A stretch of DNA of 64,000 nt from Macrostomum hystrix (lineage: Eukaryota > Animalia > Platyhelminthes). The position numbers were made by a program, and so were the translations under genes. The first letter of the stretch is position 1. The number at the start of each line of letters is the position of its first letter. The stretch spans positions 1,736,001 to 1,800,000 of the forward strand of contig CATNEN010000003.1 of NCBI GenBank assembly GCA_950097015.1, read 5' to 3'. Positions 13,868-26,100 of this stretch are shown in pieces. Under the pieces are notes generated by a model. It saw only the letters and a list, made by a program, of their open reading frames with translations. It did not search any database and had not been told where the DNA came from.

Positions 13868-15559
13868 TTAAACACGCGACAGCCATTGACGCACGCAGTC
13901 GACGTCGCTGGAGGCGGAGCAGCAGGCGAATTCCACTGAGCAGCCTGAATCTGCGAATTCAAACTTCTTGCCTTTGCGTCCCAGAGTGCGCTCTTCAAGT
14001 GGGGAGCATGACGGCAGTTTTTTAGGGGAATAAAGTTAATGCAGAATTTTTAACATTGATCAGTTTTTTAGACTCAAAAGACTATATGGGATATGATATG
14101 GGATAAATGAGTAGCGACTTTATCACTCAGGATTTGGGATCGATCACTGGGGATCTGGGATCAATCGATGAGGATCTGGGATCAATCGATGAGGATCTGG
14201 GATTAATCAACGGGGATCTGGGATTAATCAATGGGATCTGGGATTAATCAATGGGGATCTGGGATCAATCAATGGGGATCTGGGATTAATCAATGGGATC
14301 TGGGATTAATCAATGGGGATCTGGGATCAATCAATGGGGATCTGGGATCAATAAATGGGGATCTATGATCAATCAATGGGGATCTGGGATTAATCAATGG
14401 GATCTGGGATCAATCAATGGGGATCTGGGATGATTGAGTAGAGACTCGATATCTTAGGGATCTGGGATTAATGAGTAGCGACTTTGTCCGTGAGTTGTCC
14501 GTTTCTGTACGTTTTTTGCCCGTTTTTTCAGTTGCCTAATGAATGCAAATGCGAGGGCTGCTAGAAGAAGGACGGGACACTTTGATTCTTGGAAAATTTA
14601 TTGAAGGCTGATTTACACGGAAAATGCACTATCGAGATGGGAACTTTTCACTTTTCACATTAAAGGGTTAATAACTTTTTTATTGGAAGCATAGCTAATG
14701 CTGTTCTTTTAATATATCTTGCAAAAATGTTGCTTCAACATCAATAATTGATCTTCCTTTTGTTTTATTTTATTTATCATGACTTAAATTCCGTGTAAAT
14801 AAGCTTTTCATAGAATTTCCAAGAAACGTAGAGTCCCGTTATTCTTCTTCTGGTGGTCCTTGTGCAAATATGCTGTCAGTTTTTGCCTCGCTAAAAATGG
14901 GCAAATAATGGACCAGAAACGGACAAAAAACTGATTCATTTGAACTCACCAGCCGAGCCGGCACCGCTGATGCCGGAGAGGGCGCCGGCGCGAGTGGAGC
15001 GCAATGTCTCCAGCTCCTGCTCCAGAGCGGATTTCACATAGGTGTCAGTCTTAGCCATAGCCTGGTCCTGCTTATTGCACAGGATTAGCAGTTTAATCCG
15101 GCAGCTAATCTCAGCGTCAGTTAGCAGGGTGTACAGCCATTCAGCGCAATCTTTCAACTCTTTAGCAATGGAATTTGAGTCCACCACGTAGATGAGAGCT
15201 CTTGCACTGGATTTATACTTGTCCAAGTACTGCCGACGCAGCCGCTCGTGACCCGGCAGATCGACAATTTTCAATCTACGCCGAGACCCGCCGACAGTCA
15301 GGAGCTCGGACTGGTTGGCCTGCATCGAAGTGAAGGTGGTCAGTGGCTTGCAATGCACCAGCTGACTATAGAGAGTGGTCTTGCCAGAGTCGCAGATGCC
15401 GCATAGTAGGACCGTGTTTCTTAGGCTCCTACGCCGAATCAGTAGCAGTAGGTAGACAGCTAGCGGTAGCAGAAGGGCTACCACGGTGACAACGGCCACA
15501 GTCAGCTGTTGACGACTCAACGAGCCGGCGTCAATCGGAAGAGCGGACACAATGCGATC
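13868..15559 (-). CDS. SRPRB: Signal recognition particle receptor subunit beta; 2 coding exons, no genomic ATG found
   Basis: Exon 15559-14950: N-terminal TM, P-loop GICDSGKT, DLPGHERLR, VVDS, CNKQD. Exon 13992-13868: ERTLGRKGKKFEFADSGCSVEFACCSA..VRQWLSRV*, matching the SRPRB C-terminus. Joined by a phase-1 GT-AG intron. Confidence 0.93.
14128..14470. repeat. About 21-bp minisatellite (GGGATCTGGGATCAATCAATG) in the SRPRB intron
   Basis: Tandem units; flanked by near-perfect 21-bp direct repeats. Confidence 0.9.
14495..14926. mobile_element. MITE-like element with about 34-bp imperfect terminal inverted repeats
   Basis: TTGTCCGTTTCTGTACGTTTTTTGCCCGTTTTT versus the reverse complement of AAAAATGGGCAAATAATGGACCAGAAACGGACAA. 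Confidence 0.55.
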
Positions 15560-15617
15560 CTGGCAATAAATGAGGATGAGAATGACTTAAATCCCTATTT
15601 AAACATTTTTAGAGCTT

Positions 15618-15885
15618 ATAAATCCTCATTTGGGATATTTCTTGAACTAAAATCCTCATTTGGGATATTTCTTGAACTAAAATCCTCATTTGGGATATTT
15701 CTAGAACAAAAATTCTCATTTTGGATATTTCTTGAACTAAAATTATCATTTTGGATATTTCTTGAACTAAAATCCTCATTTGGGATATTTCTTGAACTAA
15801 AATTCTCATTTTGGATATTTCTTGAACTAAAATTCTCATTTTTTATATTTCTTGAACTGCCCTCCTCATTTTGGATATTTCTATA
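15618..15885. repeat. 30-bp minisatellite (AAATCCTCATTTGGGATATTTCTTGAACTA)
   Basis: Tandem units visible directly. Confidence 0.93.
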
Positions 15886-16646
15886 GCTTAATTTTTGTAA
15901 AAATCCCAATTTATAAAAAGATCTAGAGCTCTAACTATACTATGGGATCTGTCCAGAACGATAAAGAATTAATGAAAACATAAAAAATCAATTCGATATG
16001 CTCTGAAGACGGCAAAAAAATAAAACGGTAAAAATGTTTAATATCAAATAAGTAAATTAGGTAAATAAGTTTATATTCTGCAAGAAGTTTAATAAAAAGG
16101 ACGGAACTGTAAGCAAAGAAAACTATGATGTAGAGAAAGCTGTCTTAAAAATTTTGAAGCAACCTGAAAAAAATAAGTTAATTGTCCGTAGGACACTACT
16201 ATCACAGAATAATAGTATATTGAATAACCTAAATATATATGTGCCATATCATATACTTTAAAAAAGCTGCCTCTATTTACAACACGCAACAAAAGTTTTT
16301 AATCTCATAAAATTTAATTTTTGATAAAAAGTTATTGATAACATTAAAACAAATATTACTTACTATTTAAAACTAGAGACGATATGTTTCGAAAAAACTT
16401 TTGTTGGATTGCAAAAATTTGGTTTACAACGAATTGTGTACATTGATATGGTTACTTTGTTTCCTTAGCAACGGGTGAAAGTCAAGCTAGCGTTATTTAA
16501 AATAGTTTTTTCCTTGAAACTATGTACTTTCAGACTGCAACCTGTAGTGCTAAGCTTTAACTTTATTGAAAATAATAAAATAACGAGCTAGCTAAACATC
16601 CTGTTGCTAAGCAAACACAACAATAAAAATGAGATAAAAAAGCGGA

Positions 16647-17168
16647 TTAACACTTTGGTCCATCCTGATATCGTTGAATCAGTTTAGAAACTGAGCCTGT
16701 TGCAGAAGACGCGGCTTCAGCTTCATTGGCGGCAGCAGCAGCAGCAGCAGCATCTGCTTTAGCCCTGATCTCTCGATATTTAGAGTGAAATTCGCCTTCG
16801 CTATGCTTACAGTTGGCGCCTGTCGCAGCAGCATCTTGAACTCTTCTTTGACGCTCTCGCAATATCAGTGTCAACTCCTTCTGCTGCTGCTGCTGCTGTT
16901 TCGCTAACAACTGTTGAGACTGCGACCCGACTGTGAACTTCAGCTCTCGCAGCAGTTCCCACTCGTGCGAACCACGACGAGGTCGCTGTTGGGTAACAGA
17001 AGATAAGGATTGAGCAGAGCTCACACTGATAGATCTATGGGGAATCGGGCGCTGATTGGCCTGTTGGTGATCGGAGTCATCGTAATCTGGTTCGGGATAA
17101 AATGCGTCATCGTCGCAAATATCGTTGCCATGGAAACTGGAGCTGTTTGTGTAAAACTGATTGGACAT
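16647..17168 (-). CDS. FAM107 (DUF1151)-like coiled-coil protein, single coding exon, 173 aa
   Basis: EPDYDD (cf. FAM107B EPDYIEDD), ELLRELKF, ELTLILRERQRRV and EFHSKYREIR motifs occur in family order; TTTCAG acceptor 9 nt before the ATG. Confidence 0.7.
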   Translation of the reverse strand: MSNQFYTNSSSFHGNDICDDDAFYPEPDYDDSDHQQANQRPIPHRSISVSSAQSLSSVTQQRPRRGSHEWELLRELKFTVGSQSQQLLAKQQQQQQKELTLILRERQRRVQDAAATGANCKHSEGEFHSKYREIRAKADAAAAAAAANEAEAASSATGSVSKLIQRYQDGPKC

Positions 17169-17198
17169 TTAAAATAACTGAAATTGGCAGCAGGGTAA

Positions 17199-18097
17199 TT
17201 GTGTGATGACACTGGTGAATATGTGTGTGATGACACTGGTGAATGTGTGTGTGATGACACAGGTGAATGTGTATGTGATGACACAGGTGAATGTGTATGT
17301 GATGACACTGGTGAATGTGTATGTGATGACACTGGTGAATGTGTATGTGATGACACTGTTGAATGTGTATGTGATGACACAGGTGAATGTGTGTGATGAC
17401 ACTGGTGAATGTGTGTGTGATGACACTGGTGAATGTGTGTGATGACACAGGTGAATAAGTGTGTGATGACACTGGTGAATGTGTGTGATGACACAGGTGA
17501 ATAAGTGTGTGATGACACTGGTGAATAAGTGTGTGATGACACAGGTGAATGTGTGTGTGATGACACTAGTGAATGTGTGTGTGATGACACTGGTGAATGT
17601 GTGTGTGATGACACTGGTGAATGTGTGTGTGATGACACTGTTGAATGTGTATGTGATGACACAGGTGAATGTGTGTGATGACACTGGTGAATGTGTGTGT
17701 GATGACACTGGTGAATGTGTGTGATGACACAGGTGAATAAGTGTGTGATGACACTGGTGAATGTGTGTGATGACACAGGTGAATAAGTGTGTGATGACAC
17801 TGGTGAATAAGTGTGTGATGACACAGGTGAATGTGTGTGTGATGACACTAGTGAATGTGTGTGTGATGACACTGGTGAATGTGTGTGTGATGACACTGGT
17901 GAATGTGTATGTGATGACACTGGTGAATGTGTGTGTGATGACACTGGTGAATGTGTGTGTGATGACACTGGTGAATGTGTATGTGATGACACTGGTGAAT
18001 GTGTGTGATGACACAGGTGAATGTATGTGATGACACAGGTGAATGTATGTGATGACACAGGTGAATGTGTATGTGAAGACACTGGTTAGTGTGTGTG
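17199..18097. repeat. 24-26-bp minisatellite (GTGATGACACTGGTGAATGTGTGT)
   Basis: Tandem units visible directly. Confidence 0.95.
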
Positions 18098-19106
18098 TCC
18101 TAGTTTTCAATAGTAAAATGAATTAAACAAAATGGATAACTTAAAAATAATTGAAATGCACCTATATCGAGTGTTTTGTGAATACTTATATAATAAACTA
18201 TTACACAAGTATAGTATTTTTTAGTACAGCATGAATTCAAGGTCTCTTTAAAGAGTAAATCGATAATATTATTACGAATAGGATATTAATATCGAGGCCA
18301 GAAAAATAAACATCGAATCGATTCTTATTAAACAGGAATATTTGTTAAAAAATAGCCTTCATGCACAGGCAGCTCACAGGTAATAGAAGGCATGAAAATC
18401 TGGTTCGCGTGTGCTTTGACATCTTGACAGCTTTTCCAAAAATCGTTACAGACAACAAAACAGAGATAGAAAATGGGTGGCTGCTTGACAGATAAAATAA
18501 ATCAAACGAGACTGGAAGCAGACCAGAGGCGCAGACACCTTATCACAAAAACCTCCAGAAAGTGTTTTAGCGATTTCGTTAAGCTTGCACTACTTAAAGT
18601 AGTAAATTGGAAAGTTCTGTGTTCTTAGCTTTAACCGATATGTAATCAAACAGTGGTATTAGTGGTAGGATGACTATTGAAATAGAATATACTTACTCAA
18701 CATTCTACTCGATATGTATCGAACTTTATGTTTAGTAAACGAATAGAAACTTATTTTGAGATTCCTCATATTTTTAAGTACAAAAAATATTAACAAAATG
18801 CGAAACAAAATATTTATTAGAATATCATTATATATCAATTATATTAAGGCTATATAATAGCAGGCACGAGAACAACAAAGAGATCGAGTCACACGATAAC
18901 GAAGAATCTCTGATAAAAATCTCTATTTTAAATGACTAATTTAACGTCTAGACACGAGCATAATAAAGCTGCAAGTCAATCTATAACACAAACTATATTT
19001 ATTACACAAATATGTTCACGTTAAGGAATGGCTTTGATTTTACTAACGCAAGTCTGTTAAAGTATTACAAATAGGGTATTCTTGCACACGGACGCCTAAT
19101 AGAAAG

Positions 19107-20089
19107 TACGAGGTGCATTCAAAAAAAAGTTATTTTCGGTCCATTGGCATTGTTTTGTAAATGACACACAGAACAAAATTGTTTCGAATGCTGCAAGTTA
19201 AGTCTATGGCCTAAACCTTCCTGAGTTTTTAAGCCTTAGCTGGTGACTGTGTCTGAGCTACAAGCAATTTTTTAAGCTACCCTTTTATTTATTGGCCATG
19301 GCAGAATCTTTTTCAAAGCAAGACGTTCGGAGCTTGATGAAGTTCCAATTCCTGCAAGGAAAGAAACCTCCGGAGATGTTTAGAGAGCTTCAGCAAGTGT
19401 TTGGTGACAGTGCACCAACTGAACAGACTGTTCGAAAGTGGTTCCGGTTGTTCGCTGAAGGCAGAGAGAGCGTCGAGGACAACGACCGCTCTGGAAGACC
19501 GATGACTGCCACCAACGAGACCGTGGTGAAGAAAGTGCAGGAGCTCCTGGATGATGATCGGCGACTGACTTGCGAAGAGCTGTCAGAAGGTGTCGGAGTG
19601 TCAGTTGGCAGTGTGCTCACCATTCTGACAGAGCGTCTCAACCTGCAGAAGAAATTCAGCAAGTGGGTGCCACACCTGCTGACAGGTGAGCAGAAGATGC
19701 AACGTGCTCTGGCCGCCACCAACCACCTGCGCCGTTTCCAGCCAGAAGGAAAGAATTTTCTTTCGTCCGCCCGCCCTACTCGCCCGATTTGTCACCCTGT
19801 GACTTCTTCCTATTCCCATCTGTGAAGAAGCACCTTCGGGGCATTCGATTCGACAGCGTCGAGCACATCAAAGCTGCTTGCCAAGGTGCGGTGCGTGAAA
19901 CGGACGCGATAGGCGTGGGTACTGGAATCAGAGGTCTGGTGCATCGCTGGCAGAAGTGCAAGGACATTGGCGGTGAATATGTTGAGTGACCGAATGATAT
20001 TGAATGACCTAGCCATGCTTTCATTGTTCCATACGTTTTTTGTTAATTTTTGCTGAGCACCGAAAATAACTTTTTGAATGCACCTTGTA
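19107..20089 (+). mobile_element. Mariner DNA transposon, internally deleted non-autonomous copy (about 980 bp)
   Basis: TA target duplications at 19107-19108 and 20088-20089; TIRs CGAGGTGCATTCAAAAA..GTTATTTTCGGT and ACCGAAAATAACTTTTTGAATGCACCTTG. Confidence 0.95.
19298..19989 (+). pseudogene. Mariner transposase lacking most of the DDD domain
   Basis: HTH region (RSGRP, WVPHLL) is followed, out of frame at about 19770, by PPYSPDLSPCDFFLFP; the GDETW and HDNA motifs are absent. Confidence 0.9.
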
Positions 20090-20195
20090 GAAATATCAAA
20101 TGGCGCTATTTCAAATACCCACTGCCTACTTCACGATCGCTCCGAAACCGAGTGACCGATTTTACAATGTAAAGGACAAAACATCACCGACTAAT

Positions 20196-23100
20196 TTAAG
20201 CCTGAGCGGTTCCGGGTCCTGCGTCGGCTAGCACAGTTCTCAGGTAACGACCCAGACAGAATTCTGGCGCCTGAATTGGATCGTAAATCTGCACAAATTC
20301 ATGGCGTAATAGACTCTCAAGGCCCAGACGTTCTTTAGGATTCTTTCGCAGGCAGCAGTCGACAAAGTCGCAGAATTTTTCGCTGAACGCAAAGCTTGGC
20401 AATTTCGGCGGCTGCTGATAGACAATGTAGGAGAGAAGCTCAAATATGGCCATCTGTTTGGGCCCGTTCTGGGGCGCCTCCATGCCTGAGCAGATTTGGT
20501 AGGGGGGGGTACAAGGTTGAGACTAATCTATTTGGACGAAAAGGCGAAATTGATACTAGCAGTAGCGAGGACGATGCAACAGTTGAAATACTGAATAGAG
20601 GATCGGTTGCTAGGTAAACATTTACTATTTTTTTTGTCAAGTTTTAAATTTTTGCCTGCTTTGCTCCTTTCTTTGTGTTAGGTTAAGACAGGGATCGTAG
20701 CTTAGTCGTTAGGGCGTCGGACTCACGACTTGAAGGTCGGGGGTTCGATTCCCGACTCCACTGGAACAATTTGTGTCCTTTAGCAAGACACTTAACTCTG
20801 AATTGCTTCAGTTCACCCAGCTGTTAAAAGGGTACCAGCATCAGCTGGGATAATTGAAGGTGGGTGTGGCGTCCCCCCAGTCCATGGACTGAACAGCTGT
20901 ACGCAGCTTTCAGATGCGCTGCGCAATAGCTGCGGCTGTGCTGTCGGCTGCACATCTGGCCCAATTGGGGCAGGTGTAATCAATTAATTACACCTTAAGC
21001 AACTATTAATCAAGTATTGGGATCTAATCCTAAAGGATTAGAGTGACTTCTGACCAATAGGTCAGGAGTTCGAATTTTGATTTCAACCAGGTTTTAAAAT
21101 TTTACAAATTTTATAACATTGCAAAGTATATAATGGGACGGTCGTAAACATGGCGGTGACCGTGAAACGTAGCCCTATGACCGTTTATGTTAATGAAACC
21201 GGGGTCACCATGTAACCGTTCTGTGACCTTGATAATATGATAATGATAATTACAGGAGGGCTGCGCGCAATGGCACATCATTTGGTGACCATTCTGCCCA
21301 TTTCGCTGACTCCTGAGCACACACTCACACAGGTGTGTGCATCTGCCCTGACTTTCTCATCGTCAGGCAGTGTACACTCTCACTGTGCCTTGGAGATTGG
21401 CCCTCAAGGGCGTAAATTGTACGACAAGCCCCCAAGCCTTCTCTCCGCGGCTGCATCCAAAATAAATGTGACCGTTTTATAACCTCTATGATTCGTAGAT
21501 AGAGTAGATAGAGTAGATAGAGTAGATAGAGTAACGAAAATCGTTTGTATGCGAGGCAGCAAAGCCACTAATTCTCTTTCAATAAGATTTTTTTAATCAG
21601 TTCCTTTTTTGCCCGAACGATTGTCGAGTGGCGTGCTAGAAGAGAACTGCGATAGTTCCAGCCTACTTCCGAATTTTTATGAGAATACGAAATAAGGCGA
21701 TATATAGGGCTATCGACAAAGCGAAAGAAGGAAATAGGAAGAGAAGGTCACGGAGAAAAAATCTGCAGGAGGGTAAGAAGACACCCACAGAGTATAATAT
21801 ATATATTGCGAGAGCTGGCTATACTATGCTGAGAAGAAAATTTCAAGATGACACTGAGAGTGATTGAGATGGGACATAGCAGCTGCCCCATGGCATTGAG
21901 AGACTTCATTTCCAATGCCCCCACACACACGCGCGCGTATCATATATATTTTACCATCCACACAAGAAATGATTTGGCCCCTAAATCACACTGGAATGGT
22001 CTGATCAATTCAACCTTTCAACAAAAATAGTTTAGAGGAAGATGGACTTAAGCTGTAGTGAGACGCACGCATATTGCTTCTGGTCATGGCTGACGACAAT
22101 ACAAAAGGGTGTGGAGTAGGGATAAATTTACACTCTGTGTGATCCCAGATTAATATACGAGAAAAATGATGAACAAAATAGATGCCACTTAACACAAACT
22201 GAAATCCCACAAAATCTGCCACTTAAGGCTAATTGAAATCCCACAATATACAAATCCCACGTTACACAAATTGAGATCACACTACTCAAAATATACAGAT
22301 CCCACTCTTTACAAATTGATATCTCACTCTAAACAAGTTGAGATCCCAAATGTACAGATCCCACTCTATACAAATTGAGGTCCCACAATATACAGATCCC
22401 ACTCTATAAAAATTGAGATCCCATTCTATACAAATTGATGTTGATGATCCCATCCCATCCTAGATGAAATCCTACAATATACAGATCCCATCCTAAATGA
22501 AATCCCACAATATACAGATCCCATCCTAAATGAAATCCTACAATATACAGATCCCATCCTAAATGACATCCCACAATATACAGATCCCATCCTAAATGAA
22601 ATCCTACAATATACAGATCCCATCCTAAATGACATCCCACAATATACAGATCCCATCCTAAATGACATCCCACAATATACAGATCCCATCCTAAATGAAA
22701 TCCCACAATATACAGATCCCATCCTAAATGAAATCCTACAATATACAGATCCCATCCTAAATGACATCCCACAATATACAGATCCCATCCTAAATGAAAT
22801 CCCACAATATACAGATCCCATCCTAAATGAAATCCTACAATATACAGATCCCATCCTAAATGACATCCCACAATATACAGATCCCATCCTAAATGACATC
22901 CCACAATATACAGATCCCATCCTAAATGAAATCCCACAATATACAGATCCCATCCTAAATGAAATCCCACAATATACAGATCCCATCCTAAATGAAATCC
23001 CACAATATACAGATCCCATCCTAAATGAAATCCCACAATATACAGATCCCATCCTATTATAAATGAAATCCCACAATATACAGATCCCATCCTATTATAA

Positions 23101-26100
23101 ATGAAATCCCACAATATACAGATCCCATCCTAAATGAAATCCCACAATATACAGATCCCATCCTATTATAAATGAAATCCCACAATATACAGATCCCATC
23201 CTATTATAAATGAAATCCCACAATATACAGATCCCATCCTATTATAAATGAAATCCCACAATATACAGATCCCATCCTATTATAAATGAAATCCCACAAT
23301 ATACAGATCCCATCCTATTATAAATGAAATTCCACAATATACAGATCCGATCCTAAATGAAATCCCACAATATACAGATCCGATCCTAAATGAAATCCCA
23401 CAATATACAGATCCCATCCTAAATGAAATTCCACAATATACAGATCCGATCCTAAATGAAATCCCACAATATACAGATCCCATCCTAAATGAAATTCCAC
23501 AATATACAGATCCCATCCTATTATAAATGAAATCCCACAATATACAGATCCCATCCTATTATAAATGAAATTCCACAATATACAGATCCGATCCTAAATG
23601 AAATCCCACAATATACAGATCCCATCCTAAATGAAATTCCACAATATACAGATCCCATCCTATTATAAATGAAATTCCACAATATATAGATCCCATCCTA
23701 TTATAAATGAAATCCCACAATATACAGATCCGATCCTAAATGAAATCCCACAATATACAGATCCCATCCTAAATGAAATTCCACAATATACAGATCCGAT
23801 CCTATTATAAATGAAATCCCACAATATACAGATCCGATCCTAAATGAAATCCCATAATATACAGATCCCATCCTAAATGAAATTCCACAATATACAGATC
23901 CCATCCTATTATAAATGAAATCCCACAATATACAGATCCGATCCTAAATGAAATTCCACAATATACAGATCCCATCCTAAATGAAATTCCACAATATACA
24001 GATCCCATCCTATTATAAATGAAATTCCACAATATACAGATCCCATCCTATTATAAATGAAATCCCACAATATACAGATCCGATCCTAAATGAAATCCCA
24101 CAATATACAGATCCCATCCTAAATGAAATTCCACAATATACAGATCCGATCCTATTATAAATGAAATCCCACAATATACAGATCCGATCCTAAATGAAAT
24201 CCCACAATATACAGATCCCATCCTAAATGAAATTCCACAATATACAGATCCCATCCTATTATAAATGAAATCCCACAATATACAGATCCCATCCTAAATG
24301 AAATTCCACAATATACAGATCCCATCCGATCCTAAATGAAATTCCACAATATACAGATCCCATCCTATTATAAATGAAATTCCACAATATACAGATCCCA
24401 TCCTATTATAAATGAAATCCCACAATATACAGATCCCATCCTATTATAAATGAAATTCCACAATATACAGATCCGATCCTATTATAAATGAAATCCCACA
24501 ATATACAGATCCGATCCTAAATGAAATCCCACAATATACAGATCCCATCCTAAATGAAATTCCACAATATACAGATCCCATCCTATTATAAATGAAATCC
24601 CACAATATACAGATCCGATCCTAAATGAAATCCCACAATATACAGATCCCATCCTATTATAAATGAAATCCCACAATATACAGATCCGATCCTAAATGAA
24701 ATTCCACAATATACAGATCCCATCCTATTATAAATGAAATCCCACAATATACAGATCCGATCCTAAATGAAATTCCACAATATACAGATCCCATCCTATT
24801 ATAAATGAAATCCCACAATATACAGATCCCATCCTAAATTAAATAAAGTCCAACTCAAGATAGAGATGTCTCACCTTACTTTTTTCACCGGAAAATTTCA
24901 GATAAAAAATTCAGTTTTGAGAATGCTTACCTTTAAGTCGGGTGCCCTGCAACGCCGCCTCTCTATGCTCGGTCAAGTTTCTTTGCCTATCGCTGCTAAA
25001 CGCGCTAGTGTAGTCCCTGCTGTCAGGCTGCGGAATCGGATAGCGACCGGTAGCGAGTTCTACCAGGCTGAGTCCCATCGACCAGACGTCGGACAGTATA
25101 GAATATTCCTCTCCGTTTAATCTCTCCGGAGCCATGTAGGATCTGGTGCCGACGAAACTGTTGGCCATGCTGTCAATCAGCTGTCCGGAGACACCGAAAT
25201 CGCATAGTTTGCAGTCGCCTTCAAGGCTGACGAGAATGTTTGAAGGCTTCACGTCTCTGCAAGAAATGTTTGATATTTTCTTGAGCAATAGGACAACTCA
25301 TTCTTTGGAGCAATAGAACTTTCCTATTGATACGAGTTTTTACCTGTTAGATAGTTGAACAACTGTTAGATATAAGCAATCACCTGTTAGACAATAGCTA
25401 CAAAATGTTAGACAATAGCATCCACCTGTTAGACAATGACAACCACCTGTAAGACAATAGCTACTACCTGTTAGACAATGACAACCACCTGTTAGACAAT
25501 AGCTACTACCTGTTAGACAGTAGCAATCACATGTTCTAGACAAAGGAAATCACCTCTTAGACAATAGCTACCACCTGTTAGACAATGACAACCACCTGTT
25601 AGACAATAGCTACTACCTGTTAGACAGTAGCAATCACATGTTAGACAATAGCAACCACCTGTTAAGACAATGGAAATCACCTGTTAGACAATGGAAATCA
25701 CCTGTTAGACAAAGGAAATCACCTGTTGGACAATAGCAACCACCTGTTAGACAATGGAAATCACCTGTAAGACAATGGAAATCACCTGTTAGACAATAGA
25801 AATCACATGTTAGACAATGGAAATCACCTGTTAGACAATAGCAACCACCTGTTAGACAAAGGAAATCACCTGTTGGACAATGGAAATCACCTGTTAGACA
25901 ATGGAAATCACCTGTTAGACAATGGAAATCACCTGTTAGACAATAGTCTCTACGCATCTTACGCAGCAACCAACAATTGTTAGACATCTAACTAACTAGA
26001 TTATCTAACAAGATTATAAACTGCCCTATAGACAGGAGCCATCACCTGTTAGATAATTTTTATCAGCTGTAACACCTGTTTAAAAACGATTTTGAAAACC

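Noticed and set aside
13777-13998. 73-aa ORF in the track
   Set aside because: Wrong frame; the real coding frame here is SRPRB exon 2 (13992-13868)
21530-22230. Possible retroelement fragment
   Set aside because: Only short ORFs with no RT, endonuclease or transposase motif that I can recognise
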